Below the pieces are notes generated by a model. It had not been told where the DNA came from. It saw only the letters and a list, made by a program, of their open reading frames with translations, and did no database searches. A DNA stretch of 63,389 bases, from NCBI GenBank assembly GCA_039184055.1, contig JBCDBH010000001.1, forward strand, positions 1 to 63,389, written 5' to 3'. Source of the stretch: Acidobacteriota bacterium (GTDB taxonomy: Bacteria > Acidobacteriota > Thermoanaerobaculia > Multivoradales > J023). Shown here piece after piece: positions 26,777 through 35,193 of this stretch; within the stretch, counting starts at the first letter, position 1, and each line of letters starts with the position of its first letter. The translations under genes were made by a program, and so were the position numbers.

Positions 26777-28071
26777 CCGCCGACATTCCCCATGTGGTGA
26801 TCATCGGTGGGGGGTTCGGTGGTCTTTCGACGGCGCGCAAGCTGGCCAACAAGCGGGCGCGAGTCACCTTGATCGATCGGCGCAACCACCACCTGTTCCA
26901 ACCTCTGCTCTACCAGGTCGCCACCGGTGGCCTGTCGCCCGCCAATATCGCCGTGCCGCTCCGCGCGTTGTTCAAGGGTGACGACAACGTCACCACCTTG
27001 TTGGGTGACGTATCGAATCTCGATCTCGAGAACCGCCAGGTTCGTCTGCACGATGGCGAAGCGCTCGACTACGACGCTCTGGTGGTGGCCGCTGGAGCCG
27101 GCACCTCGTATTTCGGTCACGAGACGGAGTGGCAAGAGCGCGCGCCGTCGCTCAAGTCGATCGAAGACGCGACGAAGATTCGTCGCCGCGTCTTACTCGC
27201 CTTCGAGGACGCCGAGCGCACCGCCGACGACGCACGTCGCGCCGCCATGCTGACCTTTGTCATCGTCGGCGGTGGACCGACGGGTGTCGAGCTCGCCGGG
27301 GCCATCGCCGAGGTAGCGTATCGCACCGTGCGAGGCGAGTTCCGCAACGCCCACGTCGAGAACACGCGGGTCGTGCTGCTCGAAGGCTCACCTCGGTTGC
27401 TCGGCGCTTTTCACGACGATATGTCGGCCCGTGCCCGCCGCGATCTCGAACAGCTCGGAGTCGAGGTCGTGACCCAAGCCATGGTCGAGACGATCGACGA
27501 CGACGGCGTGCGGGCCCGGATCGACGGTGGTGAGCTTCGCATCGACACGACCAATGTCTTTTGGGCCGCCGGGGTGCGACCGTCGAAGCTCGCCACCGCC
27601 TTGGCCGAACAGAGCGGCGCCGAGCTCGATCGCGCGGGGCGGGTGATCGTCGAGTCGGATTGCACGCTCGCGGGTCGACCCGAGGTTTTCGTGATCGGCG
27701 ATATGGCGCGTTTCGACCAGGACGATGCACCGCTTCCCGGCTTGGCGCCGGTCGCCATGCAACAAGGGCGGTACGCCGCCAAGGCGATCCTGGCGCGTGG
27801 TCAGGAGCGCCCGAGTCGACCGTTCCGCTATGTCGACAAAGGCAATATGGCGACGATCGGTCGTGGCCGGGCCGTGGCCGAGGTCGGGGCCGATGGTTCG
27901 ATCCGCTTTGGTGGTGCCTTCGCTTGGCTCGCCTGGCTCTTTATCCACCTGATGTATCTCACCGAGTTCCAGAATCGCATTCTGGTCTTGGTGCAGTGGG
28001 GGTGGAATTACGTTACCCGTAACCGCAGCGCGCGGTTGATCACCGGGGCGTCTCGGGAGGGGCCGTATTGA
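26773..28071 (+). CDS. ndh: Type II NADH:quinone oxidoreductase (NDH-2)
   Basis: ATG 26773 overlaps the upstream stop (ATGA). Two dinucleotide-binding motifs, VVIIGGGFGGLSTARKL and FVIVGGGPTGVELAGAI. NRILVL... C-terminal membrane-anchoring helix region. Confidence 0.85.
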   Translation: MTADIPHVVIIGGGFGGLSTARKLANKRARVTLIDRRNHHLFQPLLYQVATGGLSPANIAVPLRALFKGDDNVTTLLGDVSNLDLENRQVRLHDGEALDYDALVVAAGAGTSYFGHETEWQERAPSLKSIEDATKIRRRVLLAFEDAERTADDARRAAMLTFVIVGGGPTGVELAGAIAEVAYRTVRGEFRNAHVENTRVVLLEGSPRLLGAFHDDMSARARRDLEQLGVEVVTQAMVETIDDDGVRARIDGGELRIDTTNVFWAAGVRPSKLATALAEQSGAELDRAGRVIVESDCTLAGRPEVFVIGDMARFDQDDAPLPGLAPVAMQQGRYAAKAILARGQERPSRPFRYVDKGNMATIGRGRAVAEVGADGSIRFGGAFAWLAWLFIHLMYLTEFQNRILVLVQWGWNYVTRNRSARLITGASREGPY

Positions 28072-30058
28072 TCGCTTCGCGCGCACGTTCGAGCAGATAA
28101 AAGCCGACGTGACCCGGGGTGATGGCGTCGGGCTCGGTATCGGCGCAGGTCACCACGGTGAGACGGTGGCGGCCCGCGGTCAACGTCACCGGAAGCATCA
28201 CCTCTTCACCGAGGGCGGCGTGCATGCTGTCTTCGACCGTGATCATCGGCTCGCCGTTCAGCCATAGCCGTGTCGGTCCCCACGGTGCGAGCGCCCAGTG
28301 GATCCGCGTGTCGGCGTCGACGACCTCGTCACGGACAAAGCCCAGGCAATGATCGACCGCGCCGACCCGGCTGCCGTCGACAAAGCCTTCGACCCGCTGG
28401 CCTTGGGGCGTCCGCGCGCGGGGGTAGCGTGGCCAGCCGTCCAGCGAGACCGTGTTGTCGGGTGGCAAGCTGGCGCTCGCCGGCACCAGTCGCCAATCGA
28501 GCACGAAGTCGTCATTGCTGTCGTCGAGAATCTCGAAGAGCAGATTGTTGTAGTTGTGCCGCACCTTAACCCGGGGATCGGCGAAGAGACGACGGGTCAA
28601 ACGCGCCGGTCGGCCGACCAGGGAATAGGCGATGAACTGGCTGTCGAGCGTCGTCACCGTGGCGAGGGGAATGTCGGGCTCGATGGCTTGCCAAATCCGA
28701 TCTTGGGCTTGGTGTGCCTCGGGGTGAGGGCGAGCCATGAACACCGGGTCGAGCACGTTGAGATAGCGCCCGTGGGGCGCCCAGAGCATGTAGAGCGCGG
28801 TTTGCCCCCACGGCGCCACCACCCGCGCGCCGTCCGGTAACGCCGCGGCGAAATCCTTACGCTCCACCAAACGGACGTCCTCGGGGCCGGCGTTGGCGCG
28901 ATGGGTGAAGCGTGACCATTCCCGCCCGGCCGACGGCAGACTCACCACCGCGATCAGGACGACGGCCAACACCACGGGCACCCGTCGATGGCCCGGCAGT
29001 ATCAGCCAGGCGCCGAGCCGGCGGCCACGCGCGCGAAGGGTGAAGAGCACCGCCAGCGTGGTGAGCGGAAGGGCATAGAGCGAAAAGCGCGACATCAAGA
29101 GATAGAGGATGCCGAACGCAATCGTCGCGATGGTGAAAGCCTCGGCGAGCCGACGGTTGGTGTCGTCATCGACCTCGTCGTTCTGAAGATCGTCGGTTCG
29201 AGGCTCGTCGTCCTGTCGTGGCGTCGACGCGAACCACACGACCAACAAACCCAGCCACCAGCCGAGATTGCGCGTCAGCGCGATGGCGGTGGTGTTGGGG
29301 AGGATCTCGGTGCCGACATCGAGACTGCCCTTGGCGAGAAAGAAGTCGATGTTCTGAATCACCCACACTTCGAGATTGGTCGGGAAGTGAGGGTGGATCA
29401 CCAGGGCCACGGCGGCACCCAGCCCGGTGTAGAGCACGAGTGGCCACTCGATCCGTCGGCGTGACCACGCCCACCACAAGACGATCAGCCCGATCAGACC
29501 GACGAAGGCGTGAAACGCCGTATAGCCGAGCGTATAAAGCAGCGCGACGGCACCGAGCAGTCGCGCGCGTCGGCTCGCCGCCGCCCACAAACCGACGATC
29601 AACAGCGCCAGCGACCACAGCTCAGGGCGTAGGCGAATCAGTCGCCAATTCCACTCCGGCGCCGCGACCATCAGGATCAGCGGAACGAGCACGCCCCACC
29701 AACCGACCGCGCGCATCGCGGCGAGCGCCACCACGGTGAGCACGAGCGCGTTGAAAAACGCCAGCGCCCAGCGGCCTCCGGACATCGGTGCGCCGACCGC
29801 TGCATCGTCCTGGGCCGCGAAAGGCGCCAGCAGCGCGTGGAAGAGGAATTCCTTGTCGCCAAAGCCATCGCGCAACAGGCTGAAACGGAGCTGTGGCAGC
29901 GTGTCGACAAAGCCCTGCTCGGCGTAGAGCTGTCCGATCGCCAGATGAAATGAAGCGTCGGTGTCGTAGAGCAGACGATGCTCTTCGTAGACCCATCGCG
30001 TGGCGAGCAGGGTGACGATAAAGAACGCCAGGGCGGCGAATAGCTTGGCTCGACTCAT
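28040..30058 (-). CDS. Large multi-pass membrane protein with C-terminal extracytoplasmic beta-rich domain (possibly GT-C-like glycosyltransferase)
   Basis: About 400 aa of repeated hydrophobic helices, with an early acidic loop (YDTDASFH...DGFGDKEF). The C-terminal ~270 aa are soluble and end in a WLNGEPM...LTAGRHRLTV carbohydrate-binding-like motif. ATG 30058 overlaps the HDAC stop (ATGA). Confidence 0.6.
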   Translation of the reverse strand: MSRAKLFAALAFFIVTLLATRWVYEEHRLLYDTDASFHLAIGQLYAEQGFVDTLPQLRFSLLRDGFGDKEFLFHALLAPFAAQDDAAVGAPMSGGRWALAFFNALVLTVVALAAMRAVGWWGVLVPLILMVAAPEWNWRLIRLRPELWSLALLIVGLWAAASRRARLLGAVALLYTLGYTAFHAFVGLIGLIVLWWAWSRRRIEWPLVLYTGLGAAVALVIHPHFPTNLEVWVIQNIDFFLAKGSLDVGTEILPNTTAIALTRNLGWWLGLLVVWFASTPRQDDEPRTDDLQNDEVDDDTNRRLAEAFTIATIAFGILYLLMSRFSLYALPLTTLAVLFTLRARGRRLGAWLILPGHRRVPVVLAVVLIAVVSLPSAGREWSRFTHRANAGPEDVRLVERKDFAAALPDGARVVAPWGQTALYMLWAPHGRYLNVLDPVFMARPHPEAHQAQDRIWQAIEPDIPLATVTTLDSQFIAYSLVGRPARLTRRLFADPRVKVRHNYNNLLFEILDDSNDDFVLDWRLVPASASLPPDNTVSLDGWPRYPRARTPQGQRVEGFVDGSRVGAVDHCLGFVRDEVVDADTRIHWALAPWGPTRLWLNGEPMITVEDSMHAALGEEVMLPVTLTAGRHRLTVVTCADTEPDAITPGHVGFYLLERAREAINTAPPETPR

Positions 30059-31884
30059 GATCCGCGTTGCCAATAGAGGTCGGGTGTGGGCATCGTATCG
30101 GTCGACTCGCGACTTTCCTCGAGCCAGCTCTCGAGACGCTCGCTGACCGGGAAGACCATCGGTGCCGGCTGCCAGCGGTAGGGCTCGCCGGTCGTCCGGT
30201 CGATCACCTCGCCCGCCGCGATGGCGTGGCTCGCAGTGGCCAACGGTACATTGGCGAAGAACTCGCTGAGTGTCGCGAAGCGTACCTCCGCTTCGGGCTC
30301 GACGAAAACGAGCTGGTGAATATGCCAGGGCGCGGCGATGTGGAATTGCGACGGCACGAAGACCAGTCCGTCTAGATGGAGTCGCTCACACGCCACGGTG
30401 AGCAGCGCGACCATGTCGGCGGCCATGCCGAGACCAGGGTAGGTTTGCCCGGGAAGCTTGCGTCGTCTGTCGGTGAACGCAGCCCGGGGGTTTTGCATCA
30501 AAAGCCATTCGATCCGGAGCAGCTCCATATCGGGGAGGGTGCGCCGGTCGCGTCGTAGTCGCAGCTCGACCAAGACATCGCGCCGGTCCTCGGCATCCCA
30601 TACTCGCACCGTTTGGTCGGTGGGATCGGAGAGGTCGAGCTCGAGAGTCGGATGAAAATAGCCGAGGTCGCGTAGCCGGTCGAAGATCCCGCTCCGCTCG
30701 AGCACCAGCTCGATACCGTGCTTGGTGTAGAACGACAGCAGTCGGTGCTCGCGTTGATTGCCCCAGCCGGGCAGCATGAGATCGTCTTCGGTGATCGCGA
30801 AGGCGTCGTCGTCACGTCCGCTGAGCTCGGCGGGGTCGATCAGGCTGGCGATGTAACGATAGCGCTCGAGGGTGATCTCTTCGGTCGACGGTGGCTCGAC
30901 GACTTTGCCGAGAAAGAGCTCGGCGGCGAACCGAGACGTGTAGCGCCACGCTTGGGGTCCATAGCCACCCGCCAAGACGATCACCACCGAGCTGTGCTTG
31001 CGCTCCGAGCGCAGAGTCTCCATCACGAAACGGTCACGCGCCAGCATGCCTTGATCGGAGATCCGCCAGTTTCCCAGCAGATCGTCGTGCGCCGGGTCAC
31101 AGCCGGCGAGGTAGAAGGTCAGACGCGGGCGTACCGCGGCGACGATCGCTGGTAGCGAACGATGGAGCGCACCGAGGTAGGTGTCGTCGTCGACGTCGGA
31201 GCCGAGGGCGATCGAGGTGTCGGCCACGGCGTCGTGGGCCCGGTCGTCCCACGGCGCGGCGTGGATCGAAAACGTATGCACCTTGTCGTCGCGCGCGAAG
31301 ATGGCGCGGGTGCCGTCACCGTCGTGCACGTCGAGATCGATCACCAGCACGCGCCCGTCGAAACCCGTGGCGCGCGCATCTTCGATCGCGATGGCGACAT
31401 CGTTGAAGATGCAAAAGCCACCGCCATAATCGGGTCCCGCGTGGTGAAAGCCACCGCCTAGATTGAGCATCGTGGTGTGACGCTGAAGCGCCAGACGGGC
31501 CGCGAGAATCGTGCCGCCGGTATGGAGACGCTCGGCGTCGAGCAAGCGATCGGTTTGGTCGTGCGTGAGCTCGGCGCCCATGATCCGACCCAGCGTCGCC
31601 GGGTCGTTCAAGCTGTCGAGATAGTCGTCGTCGTGCGCCCGATTCACGGTCGCCATCGAGGCGATATGCGGTTGGTGGACGGTGCGTCGTGTCACCAGCC
31701 CTTCGGCGGCGAGAAACGCCAGGATGCGTTCGGCGCGCAGATGGTCGGCGGGCATGGTCGGCAACGCGATGCCGTAGCCCTCGTGGTAGACCACGCCCTT
31801 GGGTTGTGGCAGGAGATGACGCCACAGACGGCGATGGGTGCGGCGGACGAAGCGCGGCAGGATCGGGCGATTGACGGTGAGCAC
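30055..31884 (-). CDS. Histone-deacetylase/acetylpolyamine-amidohydrolase family (Zn-dependent) domain fused to an uncharacterised ~270-aa C-terminal domain
   Basis: HDAC motifs GGFHHAGPDYGGGFCIFNDVAIAI, VLVIDLDVHDGDGT and VLAGGYGP lie in the first ~330 aa. Residues ~340-609 have no family I recognise. Confidence 0.8.
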   Translation of the reverse strand: MLTVNRPILPRFVRRTHRRLWRHLLPQPKGVVYHEGYGIALPTMPADHLRAERILAFLAAEGLVTRRTVHQPHIASMATVNRAHDDDYLDSLNDPATLGRIMGAELTHDQTDRLLDAERLHTGGTILAARLALQRHTTMLNLGGGFHHAGPDYGGGFCIFNDVAIAIEDARATGFDGRVLVIDLDVHDGDGTRAIFARDDKVHTFSIHAAPWDDRAHDAVADTSIALGSDVDDDTYLGALHRSLPAIVAAVRPRLTFYLAGCDPAHDDLLGNWRISDQGMLARDRFVMETLRSERKHSSVVIVLAGGYGPQAWRYTSRFAAELFLGKVVEPPSTEEITLERYRYIASLIDPAELSGRDDDAFAITEDDLMLPGWGNQREHRLLSFYTKHGIELVLERSGIFDRLRDLGYFHPTLELDLSDPTDQTVRVWDAEDRRDVLVELRLRRDRRTLPDMELLRIEWLLMQNPRAAFTDRRRKLPGQTYPGLGMAADMVALLTVACERLHLDGLVFVPSQFHIAAPWHIHQLVFVEPEAEVRFATLSEFFANVPLATASHAIAAGEVIDRTTGEPYRWQPAPMVFPVSERLESWLEESRESTDTMPTPDLYWQRGS

Positions 31885-31926
31885 TGCGACCAGTGTATGC
31901 GATCGGCGTGTGCCCCTGCGGGTGGT

Positions 31927-32733
31927 TCAGCGTCGGTTCACAACGATCCGTCGGCCGATCTCGACACATGCGAGCAGAAAGGCGCCGAGCAAGACGATCG
32001 TCGGTCCCGACGGCAGGTCGAGCTGGTACGACACCGCCAGACCACCGAGGGAGATCACCAGCCCGACCACGGTCGCCACGATCACCAAGGCATCGAAACC
32101 CACCACCAGGATACGGCTGATGACCGCTGGAATGGTGAGCAGGGCGATCACCAGAATGATGCCCACGACCTGGATCAAGACGACCACCGACAGCGCGATC
32201 AGGACCATCAGCAGCGCCGAGACCCAGCGCACACCGACGCCCTGCACGGTGGCGAAGGCGTCGTCGAAGGCCACCGCGACGATTTCCTTACGGAGCAGAA
32301 CCAGGGTCAGCAAGACGATGGCCGCGACCAGCGTGGTGAGCATGAGGTCGCCACGGCTCACGGTGAGGATGTTGCCGAAGAGATAGGTGGTCAGATCCGG
32401 TGCGTAGCCCGGCGTGCGGTGGATGAAGACGATGCCGATCGCCATGCCGACCGCCCACAGGATGCCGATCGCCGCATCGTGCGGCCGGGCACGGGTCTCG
32501 CGACCGAGAAGCAGCGCCGCAGCGACGGCGGCCACCGCCGCGCCGAGACGTGGATCCCAACCGGCCCAATAGGCGATGCCCAGCCCGCCGAACGCCGCGT
32601 GGCTGACCCCGCCGCTGATGAACACCAACCGCTTGGCCACCACCACCGTACCGATGACGCCACACAGAATGCTCGCCAACATGCCGGCGAGGAGCGCGTT
32701 CTGAATCAAGCCGAGACCGAGAATCTCACTCAC
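31927..32733 (-). CDS. Metal (Zn/Mn-type, ABC-3 family) ABC transporter permease
   Basis: ABC-3 (ZnuB/MntB-like) body ILGLGLIQNALLAGMLASILCGVIGTVVVAKRLVFISGGVSHAAFGGLG with about 8 TM helices. GTG 32733 is preferred, with an 8-nt overlap on the ATPase stop. The 32829 ATG extension is read out of a tandem repeat. Confidence 0.75.
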   Translation of the reverse strand: MSEILGLGLIQNALLAGMLASILCGVIGTVVVAKRLVFISGGVSHAAFGGLGIAYWAGWDPRLGAAVAAVAAALLLGRETRARPHDAAIGILWAVGMAIGIVFIHRTPGYAPDLTTYLFGNILTVSRGDLMLTTLVAAIVLLTLVLLRKEIVAVAFDDAFATVQGVGVRWVSALLMVLIALSVVVLIQVVGIILVIALLTIPAVISRILVVGFDALVIVATVVGLVISLGGLAVSYQLDLPSGPTIVLLGAFLLACVEIGRRIVVNRR

Positions 32734-33595
32734 CGGACGATCGCTCTCCGGGGGCGGCGTGTCGGGTGATGTCGTCGGGCTCGGTGATGTCATCGTGCTC
32801 GCCGATGTCATCGGGCTCGGTGATGTCATCGTGTCCGGCGAGCACCCGTCGCGGTACGTCGTGGGCGATCAACTCGACCGGAGCCCCATAGAGACTTTCG
32901 AGATGCGCATGGTTGAGCACACCGCTGTGGTAATGCAAGCCGCGATTGACACACGCGACCTGATGAACATGGTTACTGAAGATGGTCAAGTCGTGGGTCA
33001 CCACCACCACGGGTATGCGCTGGGCCAGTGTCGCCAGCTCGTCGAGCAGGATTCTCTGGGTGTGACGATCGATCGAAGCGAGCGGCTCGTCGAGCAAGAG
33101 GAGCTCGGGATCACCGACCAGCGCGCGGGCGATCAAGGTTCGCTGGAGCTGACCACCCGAGAGCTCGCTCACCGGCGCCGCCGCCAGATCGCCGAGATGG
33201 AGACGATCGAGCACCGCCGCCACCGCCTCGCGATCATCACGGCTATATCGACGCAGAGGCGGGCGGAGATGGAGCCGTCCCATCAACACGACATCTTTCA
33301 CGCGCAGAGGAAACGACCGGTCAAAGCCGGCGAATTGTGGCACCCAGCCGATCGCGCCGCGCCGGCGAAACCGTCGTTCGATCTCGCCTCGCCATGGGGT
33401 CTCGAGACCGAGGATCAGCTTGAGTAGGGTGCTCTTGCCGCCACCGTTGGGGCCGATTACCGCGAGGTAATCGCCTTGGCGAATGGTCAAGTCGACCTTG
33501 TCCAAAATCGTGTCGCGGCCGTAACCGAAGCTCACCTGACGCAAGGCGACGACCACGTCGTCACGTGGTGAGCTCGGGCCGTCGGCTTGGATCAT
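32726..33595 (-). CDS. Metal ABC transporter ATP-binding protein with His/Asp-rich repeat tail
   Basis: Walker A GPNGGGKST, signature LSGGQLQRTLIARAL, Walker B LLLLDEP. The C-terminal tail is GHDDITEPDDIGEHDDITEPDDIT. Confidence 0.85.
   Translation of the reverse strand: MIQADGPSSPRDDVVVALRQVSFGYGRDTILDKVDLTIRQGDYLAVIGPNGGGKSTLLKLILGLETPWRGEIERRFRRRGAIGWVPQFAGFDRSFPLRVKDVVLMGRLHLRPPLRRYSRDDREAVAAVLDRLHLGDLAAAPVSELSGGQLQRTLIARALVGDPELLLLDEPLASIDRHTQRILLDELATLAQRIPVVVVTHDLTIFSNHVHQVACVNRGLHYHSGVLNHAHLESLYGAPVELIAHDVPRRVLAGHDDITEPDDIGEHDDITEPDDITRHAAPGERSSGE
32765..32836. repeat. 18-bp x 4 in-frame tandem repeat
   Basis: ggtgatgtcgtcgggctc / ggtgatgtcatcgtgctc / gccgatgtcatcgggctc / ggtgatgtcatcgtgtcc. 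On the minus strand it encodes the (E/G)(P/H)DDI(T/G) hexapeptide repeats of the ATPase tail. Confidence 0.9.
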
Positions 33596-33673
33596 AGCTT
33601 CAACACTGTGTGTGATTTCCCATTATCAGTATAGACAACGCGCCAACGATGGCAAACTGGTTTGACAAACCCC

Positions 33674-33711
33674 CTGTCTGAGCGACTCTGTCTAAGCGAC
33701 CCTGTCGCAGC
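33674..33711. repeat. 14-bp-period direct repeats (2 full + 1 partial) in divergent promoter region
   Basis: ctgtctgagcgac (33674-33686), ctgtctaagcgac (33688-33700), ctgtcgcagc (33702-33711). They lie between the ABC ATPase start (33595, minus) and the kinase start (33850, plus). Confidence 0.75.
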
Positions 33712-33849
33712 AAGGCGAGCCACGTGATCGCGATCGGTCGCGCGTGGTCCGAAATCTCTTGCCGATGCGCTTTATCAATGAGCCGTCCATGGTGGACACA
33801 TGGATGGGTGTCTCGGGCGGGCGATGGTTAAGCAGTATGGGAGGGAAAA

Positions 33850-35193
33850 ATGATGCTGAAACGATCTTTGCATGCGGGGCGGCCGTCTCTCGTCGTCGTC
33901 AGTCGTGACGCCGGCACGCCTGATTTCGACGACGCGCTCGAAGCCTCGGGTTTTGCCGCCGCGACCTTCGCAACCACGAGTGGACAAGAAGCGCTCCAGA
34001 CCGTGAACGCCAACGAGGTGCGTGCCGTGGTCGCCGATCTGCTTCTAACGCGTCCGGGGCTGTCGGGTGCCGAGATGTTGAAACGACTCGGTCCCCATCA
34101 CCAGGGCTGTCGCACGATTCTTCTTTCGGATCACGGCGCGTTGTCACCACTGCTTCGTGGGATCGCCGACGTGGTGCTGGTGCGCCCCGTCGGCAGCTCG
34201 ATCTTCGATACGCCCGAGCTGGTGCCGACCCTGTCCAAATGGCTCGTGTCTTCCACGTCATCGGGTGAAGCCGAAACCAAGCCTCATGTCCCGGTGGGTA
34301 TGCCGCGTCATCTGATCGGTGGCAAATACCGCGTGGTCGGGAGTCTCGGCCACGGCGGGATGTCGACGGTGTATCGCGCCATCGATACCTTCATCAAACG
34401 ATCGGTCGCGGTCAAAGTCGTCCAGCTCAGCGAACGCCAGAAGACCGATCAGGTCCTACAGCGCGCGCACCGCGAGGTGCGGATCAGCGGTCATCTCGCC
34501 CATCCCAATATCGTCACGGTCTACGATGCCGGATTCGACGACGAGGGCATCTACCTGGTGATGGAGATCGTCGAAGGATGCTCGTTACGCGACCGGCTCC
34601 ACGTGCACGAGACGCTCGGTGTCGATGTGGCGATCGAGATCACCAATCAAATCCTCGATGCCCTCGCCCACGCTCATGCTCGCGGGGTGGTGCATCGCGA
34701 CCTCAAACCGGGCAACGTCATGCTCGATTCGCGAGGGCGGGTGAAGGTGGTGGATTTCGGCGTCGCCAAGCTGGTGCGCGAGACTGTCGGTGGCAATCCG
34801 ATGGGTGATCTCGACAAGGTCACGCTCGATGGCACGGTGATCGGTACGTTTGGCTATATGCCCCCTGAGCAGCTTGCCGGCAAGAGTGTCGACGCGCGTT
34901 CCGACCTCTACGCTCTGGGGATCGTCCTCCTCGAAATGCTCTACGGTCGTGGCGTGGTCAAACGAGGCTCGCCGCTCGCGAGTCTCACTCAATTGGCGAT
35001 GGGACGTCCGTTCGAGCTGCCGCCGATGCCGGGTCGCCCGCGGCTCGAAGCGGTGATGCGACGCGTACTGGCGGCCCGTCCCGACGATCGCTTCGACGAC
35101 ACCGAGAGTTTTCGTGCGGCCTTGCTCGATGCGGTGGCCAACGAATCGACCGACGTTTGTGAACCCTCGGTTCTGGCCCGACGGGGGATGTGA
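33850..35193 (+). CDS. Receiver-like domain + Hanks-type Ser/Thr protein kinase
   Basis: GGGAGGG RBS. The N-terminal ~120 aa are CheY-like (SLVVVSRD...RAVVADLLLTRPGLSGAEMLKRL...TILLSD...VVLVRPV, with Arg where the conserved Lys usually sits). Kinase motifs GHGGMSTVYRA, VAVKVV, HRDLKPGNVML, DFGVAKL, GTFGYMPPEQ. Confidence 0.85.
   Translation: MMLKRSLHAGRPSLVVVSRDAGTPDFDDALEASGFAAATFATTSGQEALQTVNANEVRAVVADLLLTRPGLSGAEMLKRLGPHHQGCRTILLSDHGALSPLLRGIADVVLVRPVGSSIFDTPELVPTLSKWLVSSTSSGEAETKPHVPVGMPRHLIGGKYRVVGSLGHGGMSTVYRAIDTFIKRSVAVKVVQLSERQKTDQVLQRAHREVRISGHLAHPNIVTVYDAGFDDEGIYLVMEIVEGCSLRDRLHVHETLGVDVAIEITNQILDALAHAHARGVVHRDLKPGNVMLDSRGRVKVVDFGVAKLVRETVGGNPMGDLDKVTLDGTVIGTFGYMPPEQLAGKSVDARSDLYALGIVLLEMLYGRGVVKRGSPLASLTQLAMGRPFELPPMPGRPRLEAVMRRVLAARPDDRFDDTESFRAALLDAVANESTDVCEPSVLARRGM

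Noticed and set aside
32734-32829. N-terminal extension of the ABC permease (MTSPSPMTSASTMTSPSPTTSP...), implying a 104-nt overlap with the ATPase gene.
   Set aside because: The extension is the alternative-frame read-out of the 18-bp tandem repeat that encodes the ATPase tail. A GTG at 32733 sits just before the conserved ABC-3 N-terminus and gives a normal 8-nt overlap.
33601-33650. Possible Zur/MntR-type operator in the AT-rich stretch (tgtgatttcccattatcagtatagacaacg) upstream of the metal ABC operon.
   Set aside because: I found only a weak TAT-N4-ATA symmetry and no convincing palindrome matching any metalloregulator consensus I can recall. It is left as an untested possibility inside the promoter finding.
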